DNA of 64,000 nucleotides from the human T2T-CHM13v2.0 reference genome, Homo sapiens. The notes below the pieces were generated by a model. It made no database searches and was not told the DNA's origin. It saw nothing but the letters and a program-made list of their open reading frames with translations. Positions within the stretch are counted from its first letter, which is position 1. Every line of letters begins with the position of its first letter. The stretch is taken from assembly GCF_009914755.1 (NCBI RefSeq), contig NC_060942.1; one strand, 5' to 3'. The translations under genes and the position numbers were made by a program. This document shows, piece after piece, positions 1 to 15,760 of the stretch.

Positions 1-47
1 TGGCGGGGCTGTTTCTCAGACTCCTCCCATCTTCCGCTGACTTCTAG

Positions 48-369
<322 letters not shown>

Positions 370-2979
370 TCTAAAATCTTTTAAAAGGGGTGGTGGAGAA
401 CGAAATGGGAAAACGTTGGAGAAAGAAAGGGACATGGCCAATAACACAATGAAAAATATTACCTTAGGAAACCACGTAGTAGACCACAAAAAGACTAAAA
501 GGAAAACGAAAACAGGAGAAGTGGACACACAGGATTTTCCAACAGAGATTTGGGTGGGCCTGCAGTTGAGGGAGTTTTCACTTCTCTAAGCAACGAAGCC
601 AAATCCTAACACTCTTCTTTAGGGATATAATAAGCCAAGAAGCCCTCACTGAGCAGGAGTTTCAAGTAGATCTCTTTAATGACCCCTTGCAACACTGAGA
701 TTCTGCGACCAACAGGATGGAAGTTGAGAAGAGAGAAAAAGTTAAGTTACTGCATAAAACAAGTCCCAAATTAAAAGGCTATAGAAAAATATTCAAATAA
801 ATACATAGACCTTTAACAGAAAGAATGTGAATTAAGAGAAGGATAACAACAGATAGGAATTAATAGGAACTGGAGATTAAGAGACTCCAAATGTTTGCAA
901 GTCATAGAAGGAAAAAAAAAAGTGTGTGTGTGTCAAGGAGGAGTCGGGTGGCTTATAGAAGCCCATGCTATAAATATCAAGACTTCGCTGGAGGTCTCAC
1001 CTTTGTGCCCTTTCCAGCATGTCTCTTCTTGCTCAAGAGCCACATCTGTTATCCCTACATACTGTCCAGGGATCAGGTTTCCAGCCAAAGACACACAACA
1101 CTTATTCAGGAACAGATGCAGTAATATTTCAATTTGTTTGCTTAAAGTTTTTGTGTTTTTATTCACTTGCTAGCACTTCTTTTAGACACTATTTAACGTA
1201 AACAGAAGTTTTGTACATTTCTTACATACCCTGAAGAGGTTTCATTCTATAAATTTCTTCTCCATAATATAGTTCCAATTTCAGGAAACTTTACTTTTCT
1301 AAGAGATTTGTCTGCACTCAACCATAGTACAGTAAAGCGTTGCACTTTGTGACTAACCATGTTCCAGAGAATGTCTCTGGACACGGTTTTTATTTTTTGC
1401 AATTTCCACAACTTTATTATTTTTATCTAAACTTAATTTTTAAGGTATATTTTTAAATTTAGCATAGGTCTGGCCCATGGCCCATTTATTTACATCAATA
1501 AATCAAGTTGAAGTCATCAACTGTGGTTTAATTAAACAATTAATTTAATTAATCTAATCAAGTTTTATTTTCTATAATAAAAAGCAATTTAAACTCTACA
1601 TATTGGTGAAGAGTTTGAAAATTGCTTGAGTTTTTATTAGATAACGATACAGATTTTTTTGTAAAAAAGATAACAGATTTTTTGTTAAAACAGCAGAGGT
1701 ATTTACTCTAAAATACTCCACTGGTTTAAAAAAAAAAAAAGAATTTCCATGAACCTGATACGTTTAAAGTTGACTCGCAATGACTTCTTTCTTTCTTTTT
1801 TTCCAGAAGTTCTATTGCCTTCATATTTTCAAGGCTCTGGATGGATCCAAAAAATTAAACTAAAACTGAAGGCAAATCTTAAATTTCTTTAGTAATACGC
1901 AAAATATGAATTAAAACACATGAACTCTTCTGAAAGGAATCGACCCATTTAAAATGCCAAAGAAGCTACTGGAAACACAGAATTCATTTCTGGCTCATTA
2001 ACGTTGTTGATAGGAGCAACAACATGCTTATTGCCGAGAGCGGTCTCTGCCAGTGGCTCTGAATGCTCCCCCTGGACAAGAAAAGCCATCTGGGGAGGGA
2101 CTTTCCTAAGAGACCTGTGGTCCCTACACAAACTTGAATTCCTTTTGGCTTGTTATTTAGGATTCAGAAGCCAAAAAAGAATGCCAGGAACTACATATTC
2201 CCCAACACCAAACCACCACCAACAACCATAACAAGAAACAACAGCAGCATAACCATATGAAAAACAGGGGCAACAAAGGGAACTAAAAGACAAAGAGGAA
2301 CTGGCAAAACCCCATTTGAAAACAGCTGAGATGACCCAATTCCCCCATGCTATCTCTCCAAGACAGGTGCTCCTTATGCCCATCTCTGTACCAGATGCAC
2401 AGGGAAACACAGGCACAGGTGTGAATGATGTAGGAATCTTACCCATCAACTGTGGAAGGAAATGACATGTTTTGTGAAATTCCTTTGGAGTAGTAAAAAA
2501 TATAAAGCAGTGAAATTCCCACTTTATAGGAAATTCCTCTTACGCAAAAATTGCCCCTAAGAACAAACACTAGTCAAGAAAATGTAGGAGTACTTGTCAA
2601 GAATGAGAAGACCTGAGATTTTATCATTTTTCCTTCACTGAAGAATTTGATTCAGGAATTCCTGACCTGCATCTGGTGTTGGTTTCTGGCTTGTGTTTAA
2701 CCTTTGGGTGTGTTCAGCGAGGAATGTCTGCTAATCATGTTTAGCCCAATAAAATCTGGCAGCTTAAAAATGTTGACGCTATTTTAGAACTATGGACTTC
2801 AAAAGAGTAAAGATTTTGTATAAATTCAAGCTGTCGTGAAGGAGAAATGGTGTCACTGCCCAACAGGCCAGCAATCTAGGGCTGCAGATGTCTCCCTCTG
2901 TCTGCTGTAGAGGAAGATATATGATGAAGAGCTAAGGAAGATAGATGCAAATTGATTTTAGAGAAAGTCTGCCTGCTGT

Positions 2980-3860
2980 TTCATTCATTCATTCACTCAT
3001 CCATTCTTTTACCCCTTCATTCATGAGATGTTTGTTAATGTCCACTATATGTCAACCCTCTGCTCAGACACAATGCTGAAGAGTGAGGAGAAGAGAAAGA
3101 AAAAAAAAGGAGGAGGAAAGGGAAGAGAATAAGAAGAACAAGAATAGGATAAACCCAAAATGTCAGCAGACAAATAATTATTGAGTATTTATTATATGGC
3201 AAGTACTATGCTGAGTACACTATCTACTTTCTATAAGGTGCACTATCTCATGGAAGCTTCTCAACTCCTTGATGTAAATACTGTTATTTATTCCCACTTT
3301 TTAGATGAGAAAAATGAGATTCACTTAGAACAAGTAATTACTCCTGGTCAACTGAGTCATTAAGTAGCTAACATTTTCTAGAAACGAAGCCGCTCTGATT
3401 GGCAACACCTTATTACAAGAAAGGGCATGGTCTCTGCAAACAATGGCCAGGGTTGAAATTGTGGATCTGCCACTTACTGGCTATGTGACCTTGGGAAAGA
3501 TAACCTGCTTCTGCCCCAATTTCCTACGTGGATGTTAAGATTAGGTGCGTTATTATATGTAAAATAATCGGAATTACACTTGGCTTATAGGATGTACTAC
3601 GATGTGCTTTTTATTATTCCAAAGCCCAGGCTCGTAACTATCACTTTCCTGTCCTCAGGGAGCTTAGAGTTTGAGGATCAATCGAGACCAGTGGACAGCA
3701 CATTACAACACAGCGTGCTAGGGCTCAGACAGGCTAAGAGCAGGTTGCTAAGGAAGCGTGCCCTTAGAATCTGTGTCCAGACTTGAGGATTCAGGGAATC
3801 TTCCTAGAAGAAGTGACATCTAAGCAGGAAGACCTGGAGGATGAGGAAGAGGAGTGAGCT
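2980..3860. mobile_element. Cluster of old L2 and MIR fragments
   Basis: (CATT)n L2 3' end near 2980; MIR core motifs (CACTTTTTAGATGAGAAAAATGAG; GCTATGTGACCTTGGG); boundaries approximate. Confidence 0.55.
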
Positions 3861-4360
3861 AGTTGAGAGTTCTGAGAGTTGGGATGTGTGCTCAGGGAAA
3901 CTAATTGTTTCTGAGAAATACAAATTAGAAAAAAAATTAATTCAGAGAAGTACTGCAAGTCCTCATTAATGTTTTTCTGACTATTGAAGCAGGAAATAGT
4001 GTACTTGACAAATCTGGTATAAATAATATTTACAAATATATGCTAATGGAATCTGGAATTAGCATTTCAAGCATCAATAATTTTAAAAGGACTTTTGATC
4101 ACTGTGAATTGATATTCAACACTGTTAGTCTGAACGGTTACATTTCAGAATATACTTTTCAGAATATAACTTACGCATTCTTTTCCTGTTACTTCTTGTC
4201 CTTTTTTCTTCTTCTGTTTCTGTTTTCTCTGCACCCCGACTCCGGCTTGCTTTCAGGGACAGAATTCATATCAGGAATAAGTGCCTACTGTGAAACTCTT
4301 GGTCATCTCAGCGTGTCTGACAGCCTCAGTGTTGCCCCACTGGGGAGAAAAGGCAGCTTA

Positions 4361-4762
<402 letters not shown>

Positions 4763-5549
4763 TCAGCACTCTTGCCTGCTCTACATGCTAGAGGCTGCTC
4801 TTCGCACTCATTATTTTATTACTTTCTGTAAAAATGTCTTAATATTCAGAATGTAGTATTTTCATCCAAAAAATTAATAATATGATTTTGATCAAGGCTG
4901 TTGTAAGCTCCAAACTGATCCTCAATATAAAAACCAAGGCATGTGAAACCCACGTTTCACCTCTTACCAAGACAGGCTGTAGTACTTGATCACTTAATCC
5001 AGGGTTATGCAACCCACACAAGAGCAAAGTGAGAAAGAGATTGCTTTTGTTAGCACTTGCTAGGAATTCCCAGTTTATAAAAAGAAAGATGTTGCTATCC
5101 TCCCCTGCAACAGCAGAAGGCAATTGCTAAGAAGGCAATCACTAAACATTTCCATTATAAAATTTCAACCCCACAAAATGCACTTTTAAGTTAAATTTCA
5201 CTTTTTTCTGTAAAAAAGACACGTACTTAAAAAAAAAAATTCCTCAAGGAAAGAGTATCTGTTGTGACTACTCATTTATTTTTTTTTTGTAAGTTTTATT
5301 TGACCAGTTCCCATATGCTCTTGCTTTGTCATTTGTGGCTAACACAGGGAGGTCAGGAGGGCACAACTTCATGTTCAGGGAGATGCCCCTGCTGTCTGTG
5401 AGCTCTTTTGAGTGTAATGATGGTAATAATAGCTTTCACCTCTACTTTCTGTGATTTCTAAACAAGAAAGTCTTGTTTGCAAAGTCCAGACAGGATCCCT
5501 GCTTCATTTTCTCAACTTGCCTTTGCTGATTAGAAAACAAACTTATCCA

Positions 5550-5933
<384 letters not shown>

Positions 5934-7659
5934 TTATATCCTAGTTGACTGAATTTTTTCCATAAGAAAACCTAGAAATGTCTTACATTATAAATATGAA
6001 AATGTTCTAGGCCACATATACACTTGTTTTAGCCTTATTTTCACTTGTAAGTTACTATGCACTGAAACTGTGTTCTTGATATTTCTATCCTATTAATTCA
6101 TAGAGATACCAGCAGTGAGGATAACAGGAGGATAACTGACGAGGGTAGATAATTGGATGATTCTTCCCTTTAGAACTACTGTCCGTGTACTTCATAAGCA
6201 GCAAGTCACAGCCAAAATCCACTGGAGCACTGAGAACCATAGGAGGCACAAACCAAGAAACACAGTTGGAAGATATGTATTTGGGGGGCAAATCATCAGT
6301 ATCCATGATTGTACTTTGTAGTCATCACTACCACCCTTAAAGAGAGTGTTGATCCTAAATGAAATGGCCCCAGATTATGATGCCTGTTGCGTGGCTTTGC
6401 TATTCCCCTGACTGTCATGATGTCAAGAGTCACTACTTTGTACTATTTTCAGTTTGACTTTTAAGACTCCTTTCTGAATTTGTGGCTCTTAATCTACTAC
6501 AGACTTCTAAGAGAAGGGCTGATGTGCAGGGAGGATTTGTGACTTCTATTTTGGTGCTCAGGAGCCTGTTTTTACTTTGTTCCTGATTCCCAATGGTAAT
6601 CTGGATAGTTGAGGTTTTCAGATAAATGAGGGGTTTGCCGTATGAGGCTGCAAGGTTTGAAATGGAAACTCTGTGCCTGAGAGTAAGCAATTCTGAATGT
6701 GAAAATACGTTTCCAATTAAGATAATCTGGTTGTCCATATTCTGGGCATACCAAAGTTAAAATTAATTCTTGTTCTTCTTTGACATGGATTTGACCAAAA
6801 TCAAATGTTCTTACTATAAAAACGTATTCCATATATAGCTTTCTTTTCACTTGATGCCAAGTGGTTATTAACTTATTTCCATAATCTTTTACAGATCTCA
6901 TGTTACAACAATATGGCCATAGAAATCTACAGCTCTTTATTTTCAACACATATGAACCTGATTTTAGCTAAAAACAAAGTACATATTTCAAGCAAATGAA
7001 CAAAACGTTGAAGCATATGGACAAAAGAACACTGAAATTATCATGGTTATTCAATCAGTTTATGATTATGGCAAAACATTTCTAGTATAAAACATGTGTT
7101 GAACACATGCTTGGCTGTCTTTCAAAATAGTTTCATAGAACAATCAAGAGGACAAAAAGTCAAAGTGCTTTTTACATTTTTAATACTAAGTTTCTGCTAA
7201 GGCTACAATCTATCAATAATATAGTTCTAGAAATATCAAGTAATAATTAACTGTTTCATTGTCATTTTGTCTTTTATATTTAATGCAAATTTTAAAATAC
7301 TTTTTAGAAATACCCAAGTCAAAATTTGCTGTAAAATATTTCTGGACAAATTGAAGTACATAAGCTTATCTAGGACATTGTCCATTGTCCACACTGAAGG
7401 CAATTCTTCCACTAAATCCCTGTATCTTACTTTACAGCCAATTTGGTAATATTGAAACAAAATAAAGAACTGTATCAATTAGCTAGATATTTCTTTTCTA
7501 AAATAAAGCAACTTCACTATTTTTTCCTGATTTTTATGTATAATATGTGCTTGTGGAGAAAATCAAATCCATATAGGTACTCCTTTGCGGATTGCAATAT
7601 TTGTGAAATCTATGTCACGAAACAATCAGTTAATTTTAACCTTAAAGAAACTCAAAACA

Positions 7660-7972
7660 GGCTGGGCGTGGTAGCTCACGCCTGTAATCCCAGCAGTTTG
7701 GGTGGCCAAGGTGGGCAGATCACTTGAGGTCAGGAGTTTGAGAGCAGCCTGGCCAACATGGTAAAACCCCGTCTCTACTTAAAATACAAAAAAATATAGC
7801 CAGGTGTGGTGGTGGGTACCGGTAATCCCAGCTAATCCAGAGGCTGAGGCAGGGGAATCACTTGAACCCGGGGAGGCAGAGGTTACGGTGAACCAAGATC
7901 ACGCCACTGCACTGCAGCCTGGGTAACAGAGGAAGACTCCATCTCACACACACACACACACACACACACACA
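7660..7972 (+). mobile_element. Alu with (CA)14 tail
   Basis: Alu body followed directly by CA repeats 7945-7972; TSD AAAGAAAYTCAAAACA on both sides. Confidence 0.95.
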
Positions 7973-8289
7973 AAGAAATTCAAAACAGTATGAAGAAAGT
8001 AAACATGACTCTTAATCCTACCACCCAGAGCTAGGCATCCTGAACTTGTGAGGGAACATCTTTCTAAGTATCTCTCTATGCATACACATATGTATATAGA
8101 AGCACACAATTCAAACAAATAGAATTATCTAAATTATTTCATAATCTGCTTTTAAATCACCATGTTATATAAATCTTTCTCTGCCTATGAATATAGATAT
8201 ACATCATCTATCAAAGAGTTACACAGTATTGGAATATATGGCTAGGCTACAGTTTATTTAATCAATTTTGTATTAATGGATTTTTATTC

Positions 8290-8426
8290 TTTGATTTTGA
8301 TTTTTTCTATAGACTAGAGACTCACAATGTTACCCAGGCTAGTGTTGAACTTCTGGCCTCAAGTGATCCTCCTGGCTCAGCCTCCTTAGTAGCTGGGATT
8401 ACAGGTACGAGCCACCATGCCTGGCC
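8290..8426 (-). mobile_element. Alu monomer (FLAM-like) within old L1M fragments
   Basis: Single left-arm monomer in reverse orientation; TSD AATGGATTTTT. Confidence 0.85.
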
Positions 8427-8720
8427 TATGAATGGATTTTTTAAATTGCTTCCAGGATTTATTGATTTTTAAAAAATACTGTGGTGAACATTATTGTGCC
8501 TTTCAAATCTGACTTCTTTTCTTCTGGGAAGCTATCAGAACATCTCTTTTATGGGCTAGAACCTTGGACATACCCAAACAATGATTTTTCTTTTCTCATG
8601 GAAAGTAGAATTGACACATTGACCATTGTCTATGATCATAAGCAACCACTGCAAGGATCTGTGTGGCCATTTCCAGAGGAAATTTTGAAACATTAGATGT
8701 TCTGTTTCTTGTTGTAAATA

Positions 8721-8800
8721 TTAGGTTGGTGTAAAAGTAATTGTGATTTTTCCAATTACTTTTAATGGTAAAGACTGCAGTTGCTTTTGCACCAACATAA
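8721..8800. mobile_element. MADE1 (Hsmar1-derived mariner MITE)
   Basis: 80-bp palindromic element TTAGGTTGGTGTAAAAGTAATTG...TTGCTTTTGCACCAACATAA, preceded by TA. Confidence 0.92.
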
Positions 8801-9532
8801 TGTATATATTCCAGACTCTATATATAATATATATATAATATATATAACAAGAAACAGAACATATAATGTTTCATATACTTACAACAAGAAACAGAACCTC
8901 TAATGTTTCAAAATTCCCTCTGAAAAATTCCCTTTTTGTCTACGTGGACTTGGTTTTCCTTTTGTGCATGGTATTAGATTGATCTTGGAGAGAAGGAGAG
9001 ATACATTTCATCTAACACAGTGCAGCTGAATAGGACTGCTTTGAGTATACTTGTCTCTTAAGAAAGGCTAGTCTTATATTTTAAGAAATTATGTTTGAAG
9101 CAATAATGTTATTGTCACTTAGACCTTTTCCTCTCAGGAAGGAAGGATTTTTTCTTTTCTGGGTCTTCTTGTTAATAAAAATAAATTAAATATTTGAATT
9201 GTTTGTTTTTACTTGCTTTAAAAATAAAGAGCCAACAAAAATCTAAAGAAAACATTTCTAAAATCATTGGGTGGCTTTAAAGACTAGAATGAAGTCTTTA
9301 TGCTAAAGGAGTCAGTAGACACAATTATACAGATTTGTTTTAAAAAGCTCCAAGGAGGGGGAGAAAAAAAGAGAGTACACTGAAATTGATGTAGCGAAGC
9401 CAAGAATCATTTAGAGCTTCCAGAAAACTGGGACAAAAATCAATAGGAAAAGGGGTCTTTGTTTATAATGGAATTTGAAATTCAGAAGTAAAATTCAGTA
9501 AGTAGCTAGAGCTCCCTGAAGAATTGCTGAGT

Positions 9533-9562
9533 GTGAGTGAGTGAGTGAGTGAGTGAGTGAGA
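9533..9562. repeat. (GAGT)n microsatellite
   Basis: Read directly from sequence. Confidence 0.9.
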
Positions 9563-10140
9563 TTTGAAGAGGCACAGGAGAGGAGAGGGAGGGAAGGAGG
9601 TTTTATTAATATCAGACAGTTTCAAGGAAAGAGCAAGCCATGAATAATTCCCTAAGCTACTAGACTTTATCTGGGGTGGGGGGAGATTTATGAATATTAT
9701 ATAATTTTTTTCAAGTTTTTTTCTCTTCATTCAAGTCAACTGAGTTTTGTCTAATGTCCAAAGGAGGTCCTTGGCCTTCAGTTCAACTTAGCTCTCTCTT
9801 ATTTTGTTAGAGAGCCATACAGGAGTGTATTCATATTGACCGCTGCTAATGATAAGATTTAAGAAGGATCTCCAAAATTAATCCAGACCTTCCATTTCCA
9901 GAAATGGCCAACTAGGATTAAGAGCAAACCATCATATCTTCTGCTGAAAGAATGAACATCAGATTAATAGTTTTCTCCAGGAGGAAAAGGTGTGGTGTTA
10001 TGATTGAGACAGGATATGAACAGGTTCTAGGGCAATCTTCTCTTTCCTGATCTGATGTTTCCCAGGTAATAATTTTATCTCTTGGCCTGGGTGGTGGCTA
10101 GTTGTTTTTGTATTGTTGTGTATTTAAATTATATGTCCCA

Positions 10141-10448
<308 letters not shown>

Positions 10449-10943
10449 TCACAATAATTTTTTTTAAATGTGTTTAGTTCTCAAATTCAGCCCTCAACCA
10501 TCAGCAGTTAGATTTTGCCCACTCAAGATAGATTTTCATTCCCCATGAAAAGAAATATTATCTTCCTTTAGGATCCAAAGAACACTTTCTCAAATCCCAA
10601 TTCCTATTGGCTTCAATAATCTTTTATATAAAGTTGAAAGCTACAGAGCCCATGTGGAAATACTGAAAAGATTTCCATGACAATTTTTGTCACAGCATTA
10701 CAGTTTATGAGGTGGCCAAATAGAATCATTTATAAGAGAAATAGTTGCTAATGTTTCTACTACACAATGTTGTTTCAGCAAGGAATTCCTATTCCTCTCA
10801 TATAACTGCTTTAAATCTTGCATTAGAAGTTTACTTTCTGCAATTTTCCTGCAAATGAAAAAGGAATGATATGGTTTTTAGTAATTAAAATCAAAAGCTT
10901 GATTTCTTTTATTTAGTTGAAAAACACTTGGACTAGAAACTCC

Positions 10944-11238
<295 letters not shown>

Positions 11239-11335
11239 TAACCTCATTCTAGAGAATCATTGTCATCATCAGAATAATTTCATCAACCATAGCTAACTTT
11301 TCGTTGGACACTTCTTATGTACAGACATTGTGCTA

Positions 11336-11665
<330 letters not shown>

Positions 11666-12484
11666 TTAAGTATCTTGCTACTAAATGGTAGAGCTGAGAT
11701 AAATCTAGGTCTGTGACTCCAAAGTGATGGCTCATAATCACTGTTCTGTGACTTACATAGGCTGTAAGGACATTGATACCAAATCATTAAAGATTTTTAA
11801 GATTTTTGAGGGGTTTTTCCTCAAAAGATAAAATTTAAAGTACGATTTTAAAAAGTTGCAATCTGATGGGCTATTTTCTCTTCTCTGTGGCTCTTGTATC
11901 CCTGCACTCTCTGTGTCCATACATTTTCTTGAAGACTTAATTACTCCCATTGTTTCCATTTCCATAATTATGATAGCATCTGGTTAGACAGCTTCTCCTA
12001 GAATATAAATTAGTCTTGTGTCCTCAAGTAAAATTGGAAATAGCCACTTTGAAGAAATGAAAAATTTCTGTTTTAAAAAGTGTGAAAATAGAGTAGATTA
12101 CAGTAAAGTGGACTGATAAATCTATTTTTCTAGTTGATATGGAGATATCATGTCAAATTTTATTTTCATGAGACCAGGTGACTTGGTTTCTCCATAGTCT
12201 TAAATTCATAAAGTTAATAATTTATGTGGAGAATATATGACACTGATATTTGACCTATAAAAATTAACCAATAGGTAGGAGGGCAAAGTTACCACTGGTT
12301 AAACTGAAGTGTTCAGGTTATTTACAAAGTTGCTTTTGTCTATTGTTGACAGGATTCATTTAAACTGTTCAAAGTGGTGAATTAAATGGAGAAGGGGTTT
12401 ACCACCTCTGTATCCTTTAGGCCTTTAAGTATGCCACTAACTCTGCTTTTTCTAAAAAATGTGATACTGTTTGGTGACAGTGTG

Positions 12485-14943
12485 TATATGTGATGGCATG
12501 GATGAGGACTGGGGACTGTTTCAGAGGTTTCCACTTAGCCTTGAACACTACAATAGCCTTGAACACCCCACAAGCTCAGGAACCAGGGTGAGGCTCTTGC
12601 CATCTGTCAACTGTGTTCATTCCAATTAAACAATTTTGGACTGGGGAAATTACCACGGTGAGGTCTGTTTACCTAATCTACTATGAGCTGGATCTTGGCC
12701 AAGACTCCAAATTTCTCATACTCCACTCGAACAGGAGGATTGGGATGAGTTTTCCTATCCCAGTGTCAGTGCGGACCCTGTGTCCAACAATGCTTGAAAC
12801 TTTTGGCTTTCCCTTTTGCCATGTACGGTTACTTGAGTAAGTAGCCATATGTCTCTTTGAGGAAGAACCAGGAGACTCATTGCTCTACTTACTATTGAAA
12901 GATCCTTTCTCCTGGGGACCTAAGCTCTTATTCAGACAATGGACTATGGGTTTGAAACTGGCTCAGCTCTGGAAACTGGGCAAGGGATTATAACTTTTTA
13001 TTTGGATGACTGCCTTCAGTCTTTTGGTCATACCTCCTTGATTCTTTTTTGGTTGTATAGATTGAGACAACCCTTGTTTTACCACCTAACATACTTGAGG
13101 TGTACCATGTTCAGTTAGCCACTTGCATAGCCTACAAATCGTGATCTTGCCACTTATAATGGCACCCACTTTCTTCTGCATTGAAGCACTGCCACCTAGC
13201 CTCTTTTATTTCAAGCTTCTGTCGGGGAGCACAGTTCTGTGACACCATCTTCCATCATTGCGCTGGCCTGTAGAAGATAGTCACCTCCGAGCCTCTCTGG
13301 GGTGCATTCCTTATCACTCTGGTGTATGGGGTGTCCTCCAGGTTTTCTCCTGGAGCAAAGCTGTCAGGTAGGTTTTCAGCCCTTACATAGCACATTCACT
13401 CCAGAAGGTCCTGCTCTCCAAACTGTTTGATCTCTTCTTCCACATTCTGCCATGGGTATTTTGGCATATCTAATTCACTCAGTGTGGAGCACTGCTTTCT
13501 CCAAGCTTTGAAGTGCTGCCCTAGAAGCATGAAGCAGAGTTTAGCACCATCTCTGGATAAAATCTTCCTTATCTGACTTTTATGTTCCAGCCCACTTCAT
13601 TAATCACCCTCAGGACACAGAGCCATTCATATTCCCTTGGCTCCACATGGTCTGTGATAGCTACATCCTGTAGCTCTTTTTGCGTATAATGCTTTTTCTC
13701 TCTTAAAGAATACAACACATCCCTAGTGAGTATACTGTGATTAACTCTAGTTAGGTCACTGGTGGCCAGGGAGGAAGATGGGGTTAGACACCGTGGGCAG
13801 CATGTGCTGCCTTGCAGGGCAGAGATCTCTCATCATCTTCAGATAAAGGGTATAGCACAGGCCTATAGCAGAGAAAAGTGGCCACTTGTACTGGTTCAGA
13901 GGGCTCAGAGAATCTGGGAGTTCAAGATTATCAAATGCATCAACTCAGATATCCCTGTAACATGTCACACTCCTTTCCAGCTGTGGCCTGGCCTGGGTGT
14001 AGCAGGTCTGACTGAGAAGTCAACCTCCTCTGTAGCTCGCACAGTATTCTAATTAGGTCGTGGGCCTACTCAGTTTTTTCTTGTCTGCTGGCTGCAGATG
14101 ATGAGAGTCTCTTTATATGCTACAAAGGAGGCCCGGTGGCTTTCACACTTAGCCTTAATTAATGATTAATCACTGTGGTAGGCAAAATAATAACCCCTGA
14201 AGATGTCCACATTCAAATCCCTGAAACCTGTAGAAAAGAGATTTTACAGTTGTTGAGATGTTGAAGATTCTGAGATGGGAGATTAGTGTGAATTATCCGA
14301 GTAGGCCCAATGTAATACCAAGGGTCCTTATGGAAGCGGGGAGGAGGGTCGGGGTCACAGAAGGAGCCTGGATGGTGGGAGCAGAGGTTGGAAACATATG
14401 ATTGCTGCCTGGGAGCCAGGAACCAAGGAATGCCTGCGGCCTCTGGAAATTGGAAAAGGCAAAGAAATGGAGTGTACCCTAATGCCTCCAGAAAGAATGC
14501 ATCCCTGTCTATACATTGATTTTAGCCCACTGAAACACATTTTGACCTTCTAACCTTGAGAATTTTAAGGTAATAAATTTGGGTTGTTTTAAGCCACCAA
14601 TTTCATAGCAATGCATTATACCAGCAATAGGAAGCTAATACTTTTCACCGTCTTTCTGAAAACTTAGCTGTGACAGCCCTCAGCAACAGCCATCCAATTC
14701 CATAGTCCTTAGGTAGTAAGACTTCCCAACCTCTCAAATCCCTAATATCTTGCACCTAATACTTCATTACCTTCCACCAAAACCCATCCAAGCTCACCAC
14801 CACTGAAAGTTTTAACAGTTAACACTGCTACTACTACCAGGGCTACTACCCTAGCATGGGGACCTCATGGCCGCTGGTCAGCAGGTGCTCCAGCTCCCAA
14901 TCCCATTTGGTGTCTGTTTCCTTAAACCACTTCTGGCAGCAAC
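12485..14943 (-). mobile_element. Degraded ERVL internal region (HERV16-like; gag-pro to start of pol), interrupted by an MLT1D LTR
   Basis: Minus-strand peptides KDYGIGWLLL (gag-like, near 14700), FQALLDTGSALTL (aspartic protease active site, 12761-12799) and KAKWKPLK (ERVL pro/pol junction, near 12530); PBS-like GTTGCTGCCAGAAGTGG at 14927-14943 adjoining the LTR. Confidence 0.75.
14174..14641 (+). mobile_element. MaLR solo LTR, MLT1D-like
   Basis: TGTGGTAGGCAAAATAAT start; AATAAATTTGGGTTGTTTTAAGCCAC...CTAATAC end. Confidence 0.85.
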
Positions 14944-15760
14944 TGTTGCAGACCAGGCTCTTCAGGAATCATACTGTGAGACAACGATTTGTGTGAATGA
15001 AATATGTTGGTGAGAGCCCCTGGGGATGGAGAGTGGTGGGGACTGAAGGAAGGGGGAATGAGCAGAGCAAGAAATTGAACCAAGATACAGCAAAAACAAA
15101 GGCCTCCATGGATCCCACGCAGAGCTCTCTAGCTGGAATGGCCCTTCCAAGAGTCAAGACAGGCAGGAGTGCCAGGCTTTATCTCCTTCCACTAAAAATT
15201 TATCATATTTAAGCTGCCTAGAAAGGGGGCTGTTTTAGTTTATTCAGACTGCTATAATAAAAATATAAATTGGGTGGCTTATAAACCAGAGAAATTGATT
15301 TCTCACAGTTCTGGAGGTTGGGAAGTCCAAGATCAAGCCACCTGCAGATTTGACATCTGGCGAAGACCTGTTCCTCATAGAGGCCACCTTCTAGCTATTG
15401 CCCTCACTTAGTGGAAGAGGAAAATGAGCTCCCTCAGGCCTTTTATAATGGCACTAATTCCATTCATGAGGGCTCCACCCTCATGGCCTAATCACCCTTC
15501 GAAGGCCCCACATCCTAATACCATCATCCTGGGAGTTAATATTTCAAGATGTGAATTTTGGGGACACAAACATTCAGACCATAGCAGGGACATAAACTTG
15601 GGTGAATGGCTCTCTTTAGCCCAAGGGTAATGTCCACAGAGGGACTCAGCTAAGAGCTGTTAGCCACCAACACTCTCAGCAGCTGGGGAGTGAGCGCTCA
15701 GTCCTGTCTTGAAGGTGGGCAGGAATCGGGATGGAGGGGGAAATCACAGTATCTGCTACC
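14944..15760 (-). mobile_element. ERVL LTR (LTR16-like), 5' LTR of the adjacent provirus, split by an MLT1A insertion
   Basis: Resembles LTR16 blocks (GAGCTCTCTAGCTGGAATGGCCCTTC; CACTCTCAGCAGCTGGGGA) and abuts the PBS; right boundary approximate. Confidence 0.7.
15231..15586 (-). mobile_element. MaLR solo LTR, MLT1A-like
   Basis: TGTTTTAGTTTATTCAGACTGCTATAA...ACATTCAGACCATAGCA; 5-bp near-TSD GGGGC/GGGAC. Confidence 0.85.

Noticed and set aside
6100-6660. Unique, mRNA-looking stretch considered as a processed pseudogene
   Set aside because: No recognisable protein in the frames I read, and no poly-A or TSD
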